From Candidatus Saccharimonadales bacterium (GTDB lineage: Bacteria > Patescibacteriota > Saccharimonadia > Saccharimonadales > JACQNP01), in the NCBI GenBank assembly GCA_038257245.1, contig JBBSJL010000001.1, forward strand, positions 23,776 to 87,775: 64,000 nt of DNA, written 5' to 3'. The notes under the pieces were generated by a model that saw only the letters and a list, made by a program, of their open reading frames with translations, did not search any database and was not told where the DNA came from. Numbering within the stretch: position 1 is the first letter of the stretch; each line of letters begins with the position of its first letter. Both the position numbers and the translations under genes were made by a program. Of the stretch, positions 19,927 to 28,393 are shown one piece after another.

Positions 19927-21450
19927 TTGGATCAGGAATTAGCTTTAGAAATATTACTCAGTGGCAAAAATGTACTCCTGACAGGGGCGGCTGGTTCCGG
20001 TAAAACATATTTACTGAACAAGTATATTCGACATGCAAAGTCAGAAGGCAAGCATGTTGCAGTTACTGCAACTACTGGACTAGCAGCTACCCATCTTGGC
20101 GGCAATACAATTCACGCCTGGAGTGGTATGGGTATATATGACAAGTTACCAAAAAGTTTTTATGACAATTTACTAAAAGGCCGACGTGATATTATTAACA
20201 AAACAGATGTTTTAATTATAGATGAAGTGTCTATGTTGCATGACTACCGCTTAGACATGGTGGACGAAATTGCCCGGAGGGTTAGAGAAAATGATAAGCC
20301 CTTTGGGGGAATCCAGGTTGTTTTGTGCGGTGATTTCTTTCAACTTCCGCCAGTTAGTAGGAGTGACGAGCCAGAAAGTAGGTTTGTAGTAAGCTCGGCT
20401 GTCTGGGAAGAATTTAACCCAGTAACATGTTATTTGGCAGAACAACATAGGCAAAATGATGATGCATATTCGGAGATACTAAATGCACTAAGAGCAAATG
20501 ATTTGCGACGTCGCCATGCAGAAGCTTTGCTGTCGCGTCAAAAGACTTCTAAAACGGATCATGAAATTACCGAATTGCACACCACGAATGTTGATGTAGA
20601 TGCAATCAACAGTGAACGACTTGATAAACTCAACACCGAGGAACACGTTTACGAATCTGAGACTACTGGCAAAACAAATTATATAGATAATTTGAAGAGG
20701 TCGTGTTTGGCAAGTGATCAACTGGTGCTAAAAGAAGGTGCGTTTGTCATGTGCATTAAAAATAATCCAGAAAAAAAATACGTAAACGGTAGTTTAGGCA
20801 TAGTAATCGGATTCGATAAAGGTACTGACAACCCTATAGTAAAGTTAAATAACGGGCGTACACTAACAATTGGGCCCGAAACTTGGGAACTAAGAGATGG
20901 TGACAAAAAAAGAGCAAGTCTGAGCCAGGTACCGCTAAGATTAGCGTGGGCGATTACTGTTCACAAAAGCCAAGGCATGACTTTGGACGCAGCAAGAATA
21001 GATTTACGTAAAGCGTTTGTGGAAGGAATGGGTTATGTTGCATTGTCCCGAGTTAGGAGTCTAGATACACTGAGTTTGGTGGGTATAAATCAAATGGCGC
21101 TGAAGGTAAGCACAGAAGCACTAGAAATTGATCAACTTTTGCAAAGACAGTCAACTAAAGATAATAAAAGATTTGAGCATCTACGAGTACAAGCCAAAAA
21201 ACGTGCTGAAGAACCATCAGTAAAATCACCAGGCAAAGGCCCTTGGGCTACAAAACTTGCAAAAATGCGCGAGCAATACCCAAATGCTTACCGCCCATGG
21301 AAGCCATCTGATGACGAAAAGCTAGTAAAGTTATTTACGAAGAACAACAACGTTAAAGTAGACGAACTTGTAAAGACTTTTGGCAGACACCCAAGATCAA
21401 TCCGTCTCAGACTAGAAAAGCACTTTGGCGAAGACGCAGTTCCAAATTAG
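19927..21450 (+). CDS. Pif1/RecD-family SF1B DNA helicase with basic C-terminal extension
   Basis: TTG start after GGGGAG. Walker A GAAGSGKTY, DEVSM, GDFFQLPPV, TVHKSQGMTLD. ~100-aa K/R-rich C-terminal tail. Confidence 0.8.
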   Translation: MDQELALEILLSGKNVLLTGAAGSGKTYLLNKYIRHAKSEGKHVAVTATTGLAATHLGGNTIHAWSGMGIYDKLPKSFYDNLLKGRRDIINKTDVLIIDEVSMLHDYRLDMVDEIARRVRENDKPFGGIQVVLCGDFFQLPPVSRSDEPESRFVVSSAVWEEFNPVTCYLAEQHRQNDDAYSEILNALRANDLRRRHAEALLSRQKTSKTDHEITELHTTNVDVDAINSERLDKLNTEEHVYESETTGKTNYIDNLKRSCLASDQLVLKEGAFVMCIKNNPEKKYVNGSLGIVIGFDKGTDNPIVKLNNGRTLTIGPETWELRDGDKKRASLSQVPLRLAWAITVHKSQGMTLDAARIDLRKAFVEGMGYVALSRVRSLDTLSLVGINQMALKVSTEALEIDQLLQRQSTKDNKRFEHLRVQAKKRAEEPSVKSPGKGPWATKLAKMREQYPNAYRPWKPSDDEKLVKLFTKNNNVKVDELVKTFGRHPRSIRLRLEKHFGEDAVPN

Positions 21451-21455
21451 TTACA

Positions 21456-21932
21456 TTATAGATAGTTGAATATTTTGGTTTGTTGATTATCTAAGTTATT
21501 GAAATTTTCAGTGGTTAAGAACTTTGGTAGTATGTGGTTTTTGGATGGATCTACAAAGTCAATTTCTTCTATTTCTTCCTCGCCGTGAGTCGTGTTTAAT
21601 AAATCGATATTGACATAGTCTTGGGGGTTAAGAACGTTAAAGAAAAGCTCAAATTGTTCGTTGCCAGTATCTTTTTCCTTGAACTGCTGAATATATAGTA
21701 AGTTACCAACTTTTGGTTTTACTCCGGTTTCTTCGATCATTTCGCGTTCAAGTGCCGCGTGCGCGGACTCGCCAAAATCTATGCCGCCCCCAGGTGTGCA
21801 CCAGTAGAATTCTCTGGACTTTCTATTGTATGGTTTGAGCCTAACGCAAAGAAGCTTACCTTCTAGTAAAATTATCCCCCGGACAGTTAGACGTCTTTTC
21901 ATCCCACCATTATAACAATAAAACGCATTCAT
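21456..21932 (-). CDS. NUDIX hydrolase
   Basis: Nudix box GGGIDFGESAHAALEREMIEETGV. The true start may be the internal Met (MKRRLTV, 21902). Confidence 0.85.
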   Translation of the reverse strand: MNAFYCYNGGMKRRLTVRGIILLEGKLLCVRLKPYNRKSREFYWCTPGGGIDFGESAHAALEREMIEETGVKPKVGNLLYIQQFKEKDTGNEQFELFFNVLNPQDYVNIDLLNTTHGEEEIEEIDFVDPSKNHILPKFLTTENFNNLDNQQTKIFNYL

Positions 21933-21986
21933 AGATTATTATGCCTATGCTTGCAATAATCAATAGCAACTGTCAATATTGTTCCC

Positions 21987-22640
21987 ATGAGTGATCCACA
22001 TATTGGTGGTTTTCCTGATTTTGAAATGAGCCTTGGTAGCCACGAAGTAGAAGAATTTCGTGATAGTGTTGTTTTTCGGTCTATAGATAGATTATGGGGT
22101 GGTTCTTTCATAAATGAAGCAGTGCCTACGGACCAAGTAGAAATTAAAAAAACTGTAATTGGTCCAGACGAGACAACAAAATTGACACTGGGAGGGTACT
22201 GTATATTAGATCAAATCGAGCCTGAATCAGACGAAGTAGTAGCACACGTAGCACATGTTGGAGTGGATGACTTGCAGCCCACAGAAATGGTGCAAGACCT
22301 GGCTGAGCAGATTAAATGCGAATACGAATTACAAGGTCTAGACACGTGTTTAGTTGAAGACCTGGACGGCGCTACAGTATGGATGAGCCGGAACTACGAT
22401 TTCTTCGCAGGCAACGGCAGTACTATATTGGAAGTAGAACATGCGTATCTATTGATGGACTTGGACGGTGACTACATATATGATCCGCGACTTAATTTGT
22501 ATACCCCAAAGGATACGAGCGACTGCACAGAAAAATTTTTCGAAATTGTAGAAGAGCTGGGCTTAAATGATTCTGTTTTGAAAGTCGAAGATACGCTTAG
22601 AATCAGAACAGCATTATCGATGTTAGGTTTAGGTGCGTAA
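21987..22640 (+). CDS. hypothetical acidic protein
   Basis: 217 aa, strongly acidic (D/E-rich), no motif recognised. First gene of a three-ORF cassette. Confidence 0.5.
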   Translation: MSDPHIGGFPDFEMSLGSHEVEEFRDSVVFRSIDRLWGGSFINEAVPTDQVEIKKTVIGPDETTKLTLGGYCILDQIEPESDEVVAHVAHVGVDDLQPTEMVQDLAEQIKCEYELQGLDTCLVEDLDGATVWMSRNYDFFAGNGSTILEVEHAYLLMDLDGDYIYDPRLNLYTPKDTSDCTEKFFEIVEELGLNDSVLKVEDTLRIRTALSMLGLGA

Positions 22641-22644
22641 TACA

Positions 22645-23229
22645 ATGTTGCATGCTAAGAATTGCTTTGAGGCTGTCAAGGATATAGATACTGTTATTCG
22701 GGGGAGTCTAGACCCTAGCCAACGTTATTTTGCTGTAGGCGGTATCGCAACTAGTGCTATTAGGCACGAGGACACGAATTATGATTTTAGACAAAGGTTA
22801 GTCGTGCCAAGCCCAGAAGCTGCCGATCCAATTTTGCGAGAAAACAGTACCACCAGAGATATTGATTTGATAATCGCTGATGTTATAGAAGATGAGCAAG
22901 CAGAAGAAATTGTTAAGAGAGTTTCTGAAGTTACGCCATTAGTTGTCTCAGTTTTTGGGTTAGATAAGTATAGACCCCCCAGTAAAGCAATCAAGTTAGT
23001 TAATACTGCGACTGATTGGACATCAAGAAGGACTGCAGATGAAGATGGGAATATACGGCTTGAGCTATTTCCTTTAACCCAAGTACTTCAACCAGAATCA
23101 TTTGATCCGTGGACACTTGAATTGCCAGAAACAGATCGAGCTCTAAGCGTTCTGAGTCCTCCGGGGCACATGTTGGCATATAGAAACGATCAATATCCGG
23201 CGTTAGGTTTAAAGACGTTGATAAGTTGA
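22645..23229 (+). CDS. nucleotidyltransferase-fold-like protein, N-terminal part (possibly frameshifted gene)
   Basis: ATG 22645 lies 9 nt after AGGTG (ORF opens at GTG 22633). YFAVGGIATSA ... TRDIDLIIAD resembles the minimal NTase hG[GS]..DxD pattern. The frame ends at TGA 23227-29, while the overlapping frame stays open from 23184. Confidence 0.4.
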   Translation: MLHAKNCFEAVKDIDTVIRGSLDPSQRYFAVGGIATSAIRHEDTNYDFRQRLVVPSPEAADPILRENSTTRDIDLIIADVIEDEQAEEIVKRVSEVTPLVVSVFGLDKYRPPSKAIKLVNTATDWTSRRTADEDGNIRLELFPLTQVLQPESFDPWTLELPETDRALSVLSPPGHMLAYRNDQYPALGLKTLIS

Positions 23230-23516
23230 ACGATATGACCGATAAGGTGATGGCCGTTTCTGAATTTAGGCGAGAGATCTTAGAAGGACGTTTCGTGGAA
23301 TGGTTTAAATTTTCGCAAGCAATATATCAGATTATCGATGGCAAGATGGATCTGAGTGACCTAATGTTGGTAGAGGGAACAACTCAAGCCGACCTAAATA
23401 GGCTTAGTGTTAAAGGAAGAGCTCTACGTAGACTAGAAAGCGACCCTCATTTAATTAAGTTGGCTCAATCTCCTTTCGGAGAAAAAGCTCTCAGCCCATT
23501 TACTCGAACGAAGTAG
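23226..23516 (+). CDS. hypothetical helical protein (possibly the C-terminal part of 22645-23229)
   Basis: 96-aa ORF overlapping the upstream stop. Its frame is open upstream to 23184 (KRSISGVRFKDVDKLNDM...). Confidence 0.4.
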   Translation: MNDMTDKVMAVSEFRREILEGRFVEWFKFSQAIYQIIDGKMDLSDLMLVEGTTQADLNRLSVKGRALRRLESDPHLIKLAQSPFGEKALSPFTRTK

Positions 23517-23539
23517 GCCCGGTATTGTAAACTATAGTT

Positions 23540-24088
23540 ATGAAAGAGCTTACGAGAACACAGTTCGGTAACCCCATACTTAGACAGGTGGCTCGCGAGT
23601 TATCGATCGAAGAAATTGTTTCACCAAAAGCAGGTTACCTTATAAAAAATATGAGGCACACGTTGCTCTTTAAAAAGTTGGGTGTCGGCCTAGCAGCACC
23701 TCAAATTGGCCAGGGGATTGCATTGTCAGTAATTGCTATTCGCCCAACCAAACATCGGCCAAAAACAAAGAACTTCGATCTAGTTATTATCAATCCAAAA
23801 ATCACAAAATGCTTTGGATATAGAACACAAATATGGGAGGGCTGTCTTAGTGCTGGCCCAAGTGGGTTGTTTGCGAAAGTCCCAAGATATAAGAAAGTCG
23901 AGCTCGAGTATATAGATGAAAATGGCAATAAGCATAAAAAAGTTTTTACTGGGTTGCAAGCCCAGGTAATCCAGCACGAAGTTGATCATTTGAAAGGCAG
24001 ATTATTTATGGATCTAGTAAAAGACCCTAAAACGTACGCGACACTTAAAGAATACAAGAGAAGGGTAGTAAGTAAATTACACAAATAG
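23540..24088 (+). CDS. def: peptide deformylase
   Basis: All three PDF motifs are present: GVGLAAPQIG, EGCLS, QHEVDHL. Confidence 0.95.
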   Translation: MKELTRTQFGNPILRQVARELSIEEIVSPKAGYLIKNMRHTLLFKKLGVGLAAPQIGQGIALSVIAIRPTKHRPKTKNFDLVIINPKITKCFGYRTQIWEGCLSAGPSGLFAKVPRYKKVELEYIDENGNKHKKVFTGLQAQVIQHEVDHLKGRLFMDLVKDPKTYATLKEYKRRVVSKLHK

Positions 24089-24118
24089 TCGATAGACCGA
24101 TAGTGTTACAATTTATTT

Positions 24119-24415
24119 ATGGGTGATACGACTGAGTTGGAAAAAATACGATTAGAAATTGACAACGTGAATATAGGGATCCTAGACCTTTTGTCAAAGA
24201 GGAGTGAGCTTATAGATAAAGTTATTCAAGCTAAAAGAGTAGATAATATTGAACCTTTGCAGCCGAAAAGGTACCAAGCAATGCTCAGTGAATTGGAATT
24301 ATTAGCGGAATCGAAGGGCATCAGCAAAGACTACATAAACGAGGTGTTTGATGTAATACATAAATATAGTTTAAAGCAACAACATAAGGAGGATAGAAAT
24401 GCCAGACGCGATTAA
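24119..24415 (+). CDS. AroQ-class chorismate-mutase-like protein
   Basis: 98-aa three-helix protein collinear with the E. coli P-protein CM domain. R11, R28, K39, S84 and Q88 equivalents are present (IRLEID, SKRSEL, QAKR, YSLKQQ). The R51/E52 region reads KRYQ. Confidence 0.6.
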   Translation: MGDTTELEKIRLEIDNVNIGILDLLSKRSELIDKVIQAKRVDNIEPLQPKRYQAMLSELELLAESKGISKDYINEVFDVIHKYSLKQQHKEDRNARRD

Positions 24416-25133
24416 TCAAAAAAAGTTCAATGGTATGAGAGCGATATATATTAACTGCACACTGAAAAAATCTCCAGACGTTAGCCATACGGAACTGTTA
24501 ATTAATGCCAGCAAAAATATAATGGACAAGCAGGGAGTCAAGACTGAAGTTATTAGGCCGATTGATCGTGATATTGCAATTGGTGTCTATCCTGATATGA
24601 CTGAGCATGGTTGGGACAAAGATGATTGGCCACAAATTTATGAAAAAGTAAAACGTGCTGACATTGTAGTCTTATGCGGTCCAATATGGCTGGGAGATAA
24701 TAGTTCGGTAATGAAACAAATAATCGAACGACTTTACTCAAACTCACATTTACTGAACGAGCAAGGACAATATGCAGACTATGGGAAAGTCGGCGGGTGT
24801 TTAATAACAGGCAACGAAGATGGTGTGAAGCATTGTGCGATGAATGTTTTGTATAGTCTAGGGCATATTGGGTATACAATTCCTCCTCAAGCTGACGCCG
24901 GCTGGATAGGTGAAGCAGGCCCTGGTCCGAGCTATGGAGAAAAGCTAGAAGATGGCACGATCGCTGGGCTAGACAATGACTTCACAAATCGCAATACAAC
25001 ATTTATGACATGGAATTTAATGCACATGGCAGCAATGCTAAAGGCTAATGGTGGTATTCCGGCATTTGGCAATCAAAGGAGTGAGTGGGATGCAGGGTGT
25101 AGATTTGACTTCGAAAACCCAGAGTATAGATAA
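24399..25133 (+). CDS. flavodoxin-like fold NAD(P)H-dependent FMN reductase family protein
   Basis: GGAGG 7 nt upstream of ATG 24399. Overlaps the CM gene by 17 nt. Pattern AIYINCTLKKSP ... ADIVVLCGPIWLG is typical of the family. Confidence 0.65.
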   Translation: MPDAINQKKFNGMRAIYINCTLKKSPDVSHTELLINASKNIMDKQGVKTEVIRPIDRDIAIGVYPDMTEHGWDKDDWPQIYEKVKRADIVVLCGPIWLGDNSSVMKQIIERLYSNSHLLNEQGQYADYGKVGGCLITGNEDGVKHCAMNVLYSLGHIGYTIPPQADAGWIGEAGPGPSYGEKLEDGTIAGLDNDFTNRNTTFMTWNLMHMAAMLKANGGIPAFGNQRSEWDAGCRFDFENPEYR

Positions 25134-25141
25134 TAATTAAA

Positions 25142-26047
25142 CTAACACGCTTTGCGTGGAGTCGTTTTGCCCGTATGCCCAGAAGTTGCGTAGGACCGTT
25201 TTACCAACAAAGCAACATTGTTTCGGCATTTTGCAGTTTCTATACCGGAACTTATACCGGCAGATATATCTTCATGCCTACCAACGGCATAAGTGCCAAC
25301 AATTCTCAATAGGTCATGAACATCATGGTAGGCTTCTGTGCCATCAGGCTTCACAGAAGTTCTTATAACTTGTTTACCTTTTGATAGTTTTTCATCCACT
25401 ACTTTTTTATCTTTAAGGCTTCCGATATGTTTATTTATTAAGCTTCTTGATGTTTCTATTTCATCACCATGTTCAAAGCAGAATTCTACCAGGTCTTCTG
25501 TAGAAAATGACCCCGAAGTACTAGGACTATCGATAGTAAGAGACAAAATACCGGTTAGTATCCCTAGACGGTTTAGAATGGCATTAGCATTATTTGCAGA
25601 TAATCTCTTTTCGCCAATAATTGTTCGTAACGACCTATTATTTCTAATTGAATAGGTTATCAGGTCGCCAGCCAAGCCTGCAATGAAATCGCCTGCAAAG
25701 TCTGGGTTTCTCTGTGCCCATGACGCGGTTGAATGTTTTTCGGGGATTGGTTCGGAAACGACAGTGACGAATCCGTCATTGGTCTTGCTCAGTATCCCTT
25801 GAACATTGAACCGGCTTTGAGGAACCAGATCAAAAGCACCGCTATCTGACAAGCTTTCTCGAATATCTAAAACTGAAACACGCTCTTGAGGCGTGAACCC
25901 AATCGCTAAACACTTAGCTTCTGTATTTACGTCCCCAAGAATAAGAGCCATCTGTTCAAGATCAAACATAGCCACACTTCTACTATCAATTTGCTCACAT
26001 GTAAGTGCAGCACCTTCACCGAATGTCATAGACAATGATATTAACAT
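25142..26047 (-). CDS. hypothetical protein, possible C-terminal winged-helix
   Basis: 301 aa. Only a wHTH-like stretch (SRSLINKHIGSLKDKKVVDEKLSKGKQVIRTS) was recognised. Diverges from the GH1 gene. Confidence 0.5.
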   Translation of the reverse strand: MLISLSMTFGEGAALTCEQIDSRSVAMFDLEQMALILGDVNTEAKCLAIGFTPQERVSVLDIRESLSDSGAFDLVPQSRFNVQGILSKTNDGFVTVVSEPIPEKHSTASWAQRNPDFAGDFIAGLAGDLITYSIRNNRSLRTIIGEKRLSANNANAILNRLGILTGILSLTIDSPSTSGSFSTEDLVEFCFEHGDEIETSRSLINKHIGSLKDKKVVDEKLSKGKQVIRTSVKPDGTEAYHDVHDLLRIVGTYAVGRHEDISAGISSGIETAKCRNNVALLVKRSYATSGHTGKTTPRKAC

Positions 26048-26211
26048 ATAAAGTCGTAAAATTCAATACCTACTATCTAAATTAGATCATAATGAGGCAG
26101 TAGGGTATATGCCGCAAGTGTTTGGAAGCAAATAGAAATAGGTGGTGTCGGCACACTAATTAAAAACCTCACCGATTGTAAATTAAATTAAAAACAAACA
26201 TAATAGTAATA

Positions 26212-27474
26212 ATGAACGAAAATGACAGCCCAAAGATATTCCCCAAAAACTTTTTTTGGGGTGCTAGTACTGCTTCCCATCAGGTAGAGGGTGGGACAGC
26301 CAATCAGTGGTCTGAGTGGGAATTGGCTAACGCAAAAGAACTAGCCCAGACCGCTCACCAACGATTATCTTGGCTAAGCAACTGGGATGTGGTAAAAAAA
26401 CAAGCCGAGGACCCAAATAATTATGTATCTGGCAAAGGTGTTGACCACTATAGTCGCTACAAAGAAGACTTTGATATTGTCAATAAGCTAAACATGAACG
26501 CGTTTAGGTTTGGTATTGAGTGGTCTCGCATTGAACCAGAAGACGGGCACTGGGACGAAAAAGAAATTCAACACTATAAAACCTACATTGCCGAACTTCG
26601 GAACCGGGGCATAGAGCCGTTTTTAAATATTTGGCACTGGACGTTCCCGACATGGTTCGCTGATATGGGCGGGTTTAAGAATAGATCAAACATAGAGTAT
26701 TTTGAGCGATTTGTAAAAAAAGTATCGGAAGAGTTTTGCGACGATATTACGTATCTGATTACACTAAATGAACCCAACGTATACAGCAGTTTTAGTTATG
26801 CCACTGGGGAGTGGCCACCACAAGAAAAGAGTTGGCTTAGTACGTCCCGAGTCTACATTAATCTTGTTACTGCACATAAACGTGCCTATAAGCTACTGAA
26901 GAAGAACAAACCGTCCTTGCAGATAGGTGTAGCTGCACAATTAGCTAACATTCAAGCCAAAAGGCCACATAGTTTAATCGATAGCTTTGCAACGAAATGG
27001 ATGCGATATTTTTGGAATTGGTGGTTTTTGTATCGGATTAAGAACCAACAGGATTACGTAGGGTTTAACTATTATTTCACTGATTACTACGCAGGCATAG
27101 CTAAGCGTGAGAACCCCAAAGTACCTTTGAATGATCTTGGATGGTACATGGAACCGGAAGGGCTATATCCGCTACTAATCAGGCTTTGGAGTAAGTACAA
27201 AAAGCCAATATTCATTACAGAAAATGGTTTAGCCGATTCTGCAGACAAGTATCGCAGATGGTGGATTGAAGAAACGATTGTTGCCATGGAGAGGGCAATC
27301 AGTGAAGGCGTGGACATACAAGGATACTTTCATTGGAGCTTGCTTGACAACTTTGAATGGAAATATGGCTGGTGGCCAAAGTTCGGTTTAGTAGAGGTTG
27401 ATCGTGAAAATGGCATGAAAAGGACTATCCGCCCAAGTGCAAAATGGTTTGCAGCAAAAATTAAAGAGCTGTAG
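26212..27474 (+). CDS. GH1 family beta-glucosidase
   Basis: 420 aa. FFWGASTASHQVEG N-terminus, acid/base LNEPN, nucleophile ITENG. Confidence 0.9.
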   Translation: MNENDSPKIFPKNFFWGASTASHQVEGGTANQWSEWELANAKELAQTAHQRLSWLSNWDVVKKQAEDPNNYVSGKGVDHYSRYKEDFDIVNKLNMNAFRFGIEWSRIEPEDGHWDEKEIQHYKTYIAELRNRGIEPFLNIWHWTFPTWFADMGGFKNRSNIEYFERFVKKVSEEFCDDITYLITLNEPNVYSSFSYATGEWPPQEKSWLSTSRVYINLVTAHKRAYKLLKKNKPSLQIGVAAQLANIQAKRPHSLIDSFATKWMRYFWNWWFLYRIKNQQDYVGFNYYFTDYYAGIAKRENPKVPLNDLGWYMEPEGLYPLLIRLWSKYKKPIFITENGLADSADKYRRWWIEETIVAMERAISEGVDIQGYFHWSLLDNFEWKYGWWPKFGLVEVDRENGMKRTIRPSAKWFAAKIKEL

Positions 27475-27553
27475 TAGGGTAATTACTTGAGTCTGTTTCG
27501 AGAGTCAATACGCTATATCTTGTGTAGTGACGGAAAAAACATCAATAACTGTG

Positions 27554-27587
27554 GATAACTACCCAATTCAGGGTAGTTATCTTTATT
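27554..27587 (+). terminator. intrinsic terminator of the GH1 gene
   Basis: Perfect 11-bp stem GATAACTACCC (27554-64) / GGGTAGTTATC (27571-81), loop AATTCA, then TTTATT. Confidence 0.8.
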
Positions 27588-27594
27588 AAAGTAC

Positions 27595-27646
27595 TTGCAA
27601 GTGGGTAGTGGTGGGTTGTATGCTCTAGTTAGTGGGTAATCGTGGG
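27595..27646 (+). promoter_or_regulatory. mraZ/dcw promoter overlapped by four GTGGGT (MraZ-box-type) repeats
   Basis: TTGCAA (27595-600), 18-nt spacer, TATGCT (27619-24). GTGGGT occurs at 27601, 27611, 27632 and 27642, i.e. two pairs each with 10-bp phasing. Confidence 0.65.
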
Positions 27647-27710
27647 TAGACCAAAAGTAGTCTCACTCACCAAAAAACAAAAACCACTAGCAGCTTAACC
27701 AAAAAACACC

Positions 27711-28070
27711 ATGGCCACGGTAGATTATTTTGAAAGAAAACTTGACGATAAAAGGAGGTTAACCATACCTACCGAACTTCGTGATGAGTTTTCCAGAGGG
27801 ATAGTAATAACCCAAGGGTTTCAAAACTATTTACATCTGTACCCAAAATCAGTCTGGGATGAACAGGTAGAATCGCAGTTACAAGGTAATATCCTTGATG
27901 AGCGTACTGCAGATCTAAATGTAAAATTCCGGATGGGCAAAGTAGAGAGCGTGCTGGACGAAAAACAAGGACGAATCGTTATAGATCAGCACTTACTCGA
28001 CTATGCAGGTATAGACCGTGGGATAGCGGCAATAAGAGCAGGGCGATACTGGCGAATCCAGGCTAGTTAA
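27711..28070 (+). CDS. mraZ: division/cell-wall cluster transcriptional regulator MraZ (compact, 119 aa)
   Basis: Two SpoVT/AbrB-type repeats with DxxxR motifs (LDDKRRLTIP; LDEKQGRIVI). First gene of the dcw cluster. Confidence 0.85.
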   Translation: MATVDYFERKLDDKRRLTIPTELRDEFSRGIVITQGFQNYLHLYPKSVWDEQVESQLQGNILDERTADLNVKFRMGKVESVLDEKQGRIVIDQHLLDYAGIDRGIAAIRAGRYWRIQAS

Positions 28071-28262
28071 AACAAAAACCCTTGTTCGTAGCTGACGAAC
28101 ATTAACAATTTGGACCGAATAGCAAATAACGACTCGAGGTTAGCTATCCGGTAGTCAGCAAGTGGTCGAAGGCACCACTATAATAACCTTTGCACCTTAC
28201 GAAAACACCTCCCAAAACTCCACCTCACACATAAGTCTCTCAAAACTTAGGATGAACCAGAA

Positions 28263-28304
28263 CGGAGTTTATAAGATTTTCTAAAATCTTAAAAAATTAC
28301 TCCG
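28263..28304 (+). other. nested hairpin in the 323-nt mraZ-rsmH spacer
   Basis: Outer pairing CGGAGT (28263-68) / ACTCCG (28299-304) encloses AAGATTTT / AAAATCTT (28273-90). It sits in a C/A-rich spacer. Confidence 0.4.
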
Positions 28305-28393
28305 ATACGTTCCAGTTCTCCAAACAAAAACAAAAACACCAAAAAAACAAAAAGCTGATTACTGGATAGGTGACCTTGTAAAAACAAAAAGCA

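Noticed and set aside
27550-27558. Perfect DnaA box (TGTGGATAA = reverse complement of TTATCCACA), raising the idea of an origin near mraZ.
   Set aside because: It is a single box embedded in the stem of the GH1 gene terminator. There is no cluster of boxes, no AT-rich unwinding element and no dnaA/dnaN nearby, and the flanking genes are co-oriented rather than divergent.
28150-28200. tRNA-like T-arm hairpin GTGGT-CGAAGGC-ACCAC in the mraZ-rsmH spacer.
   Set aside because: The loop lacks the TTCRANY consensus and no acceptor, D or anticodon arms can be drawn around it. It is not a tRNA.
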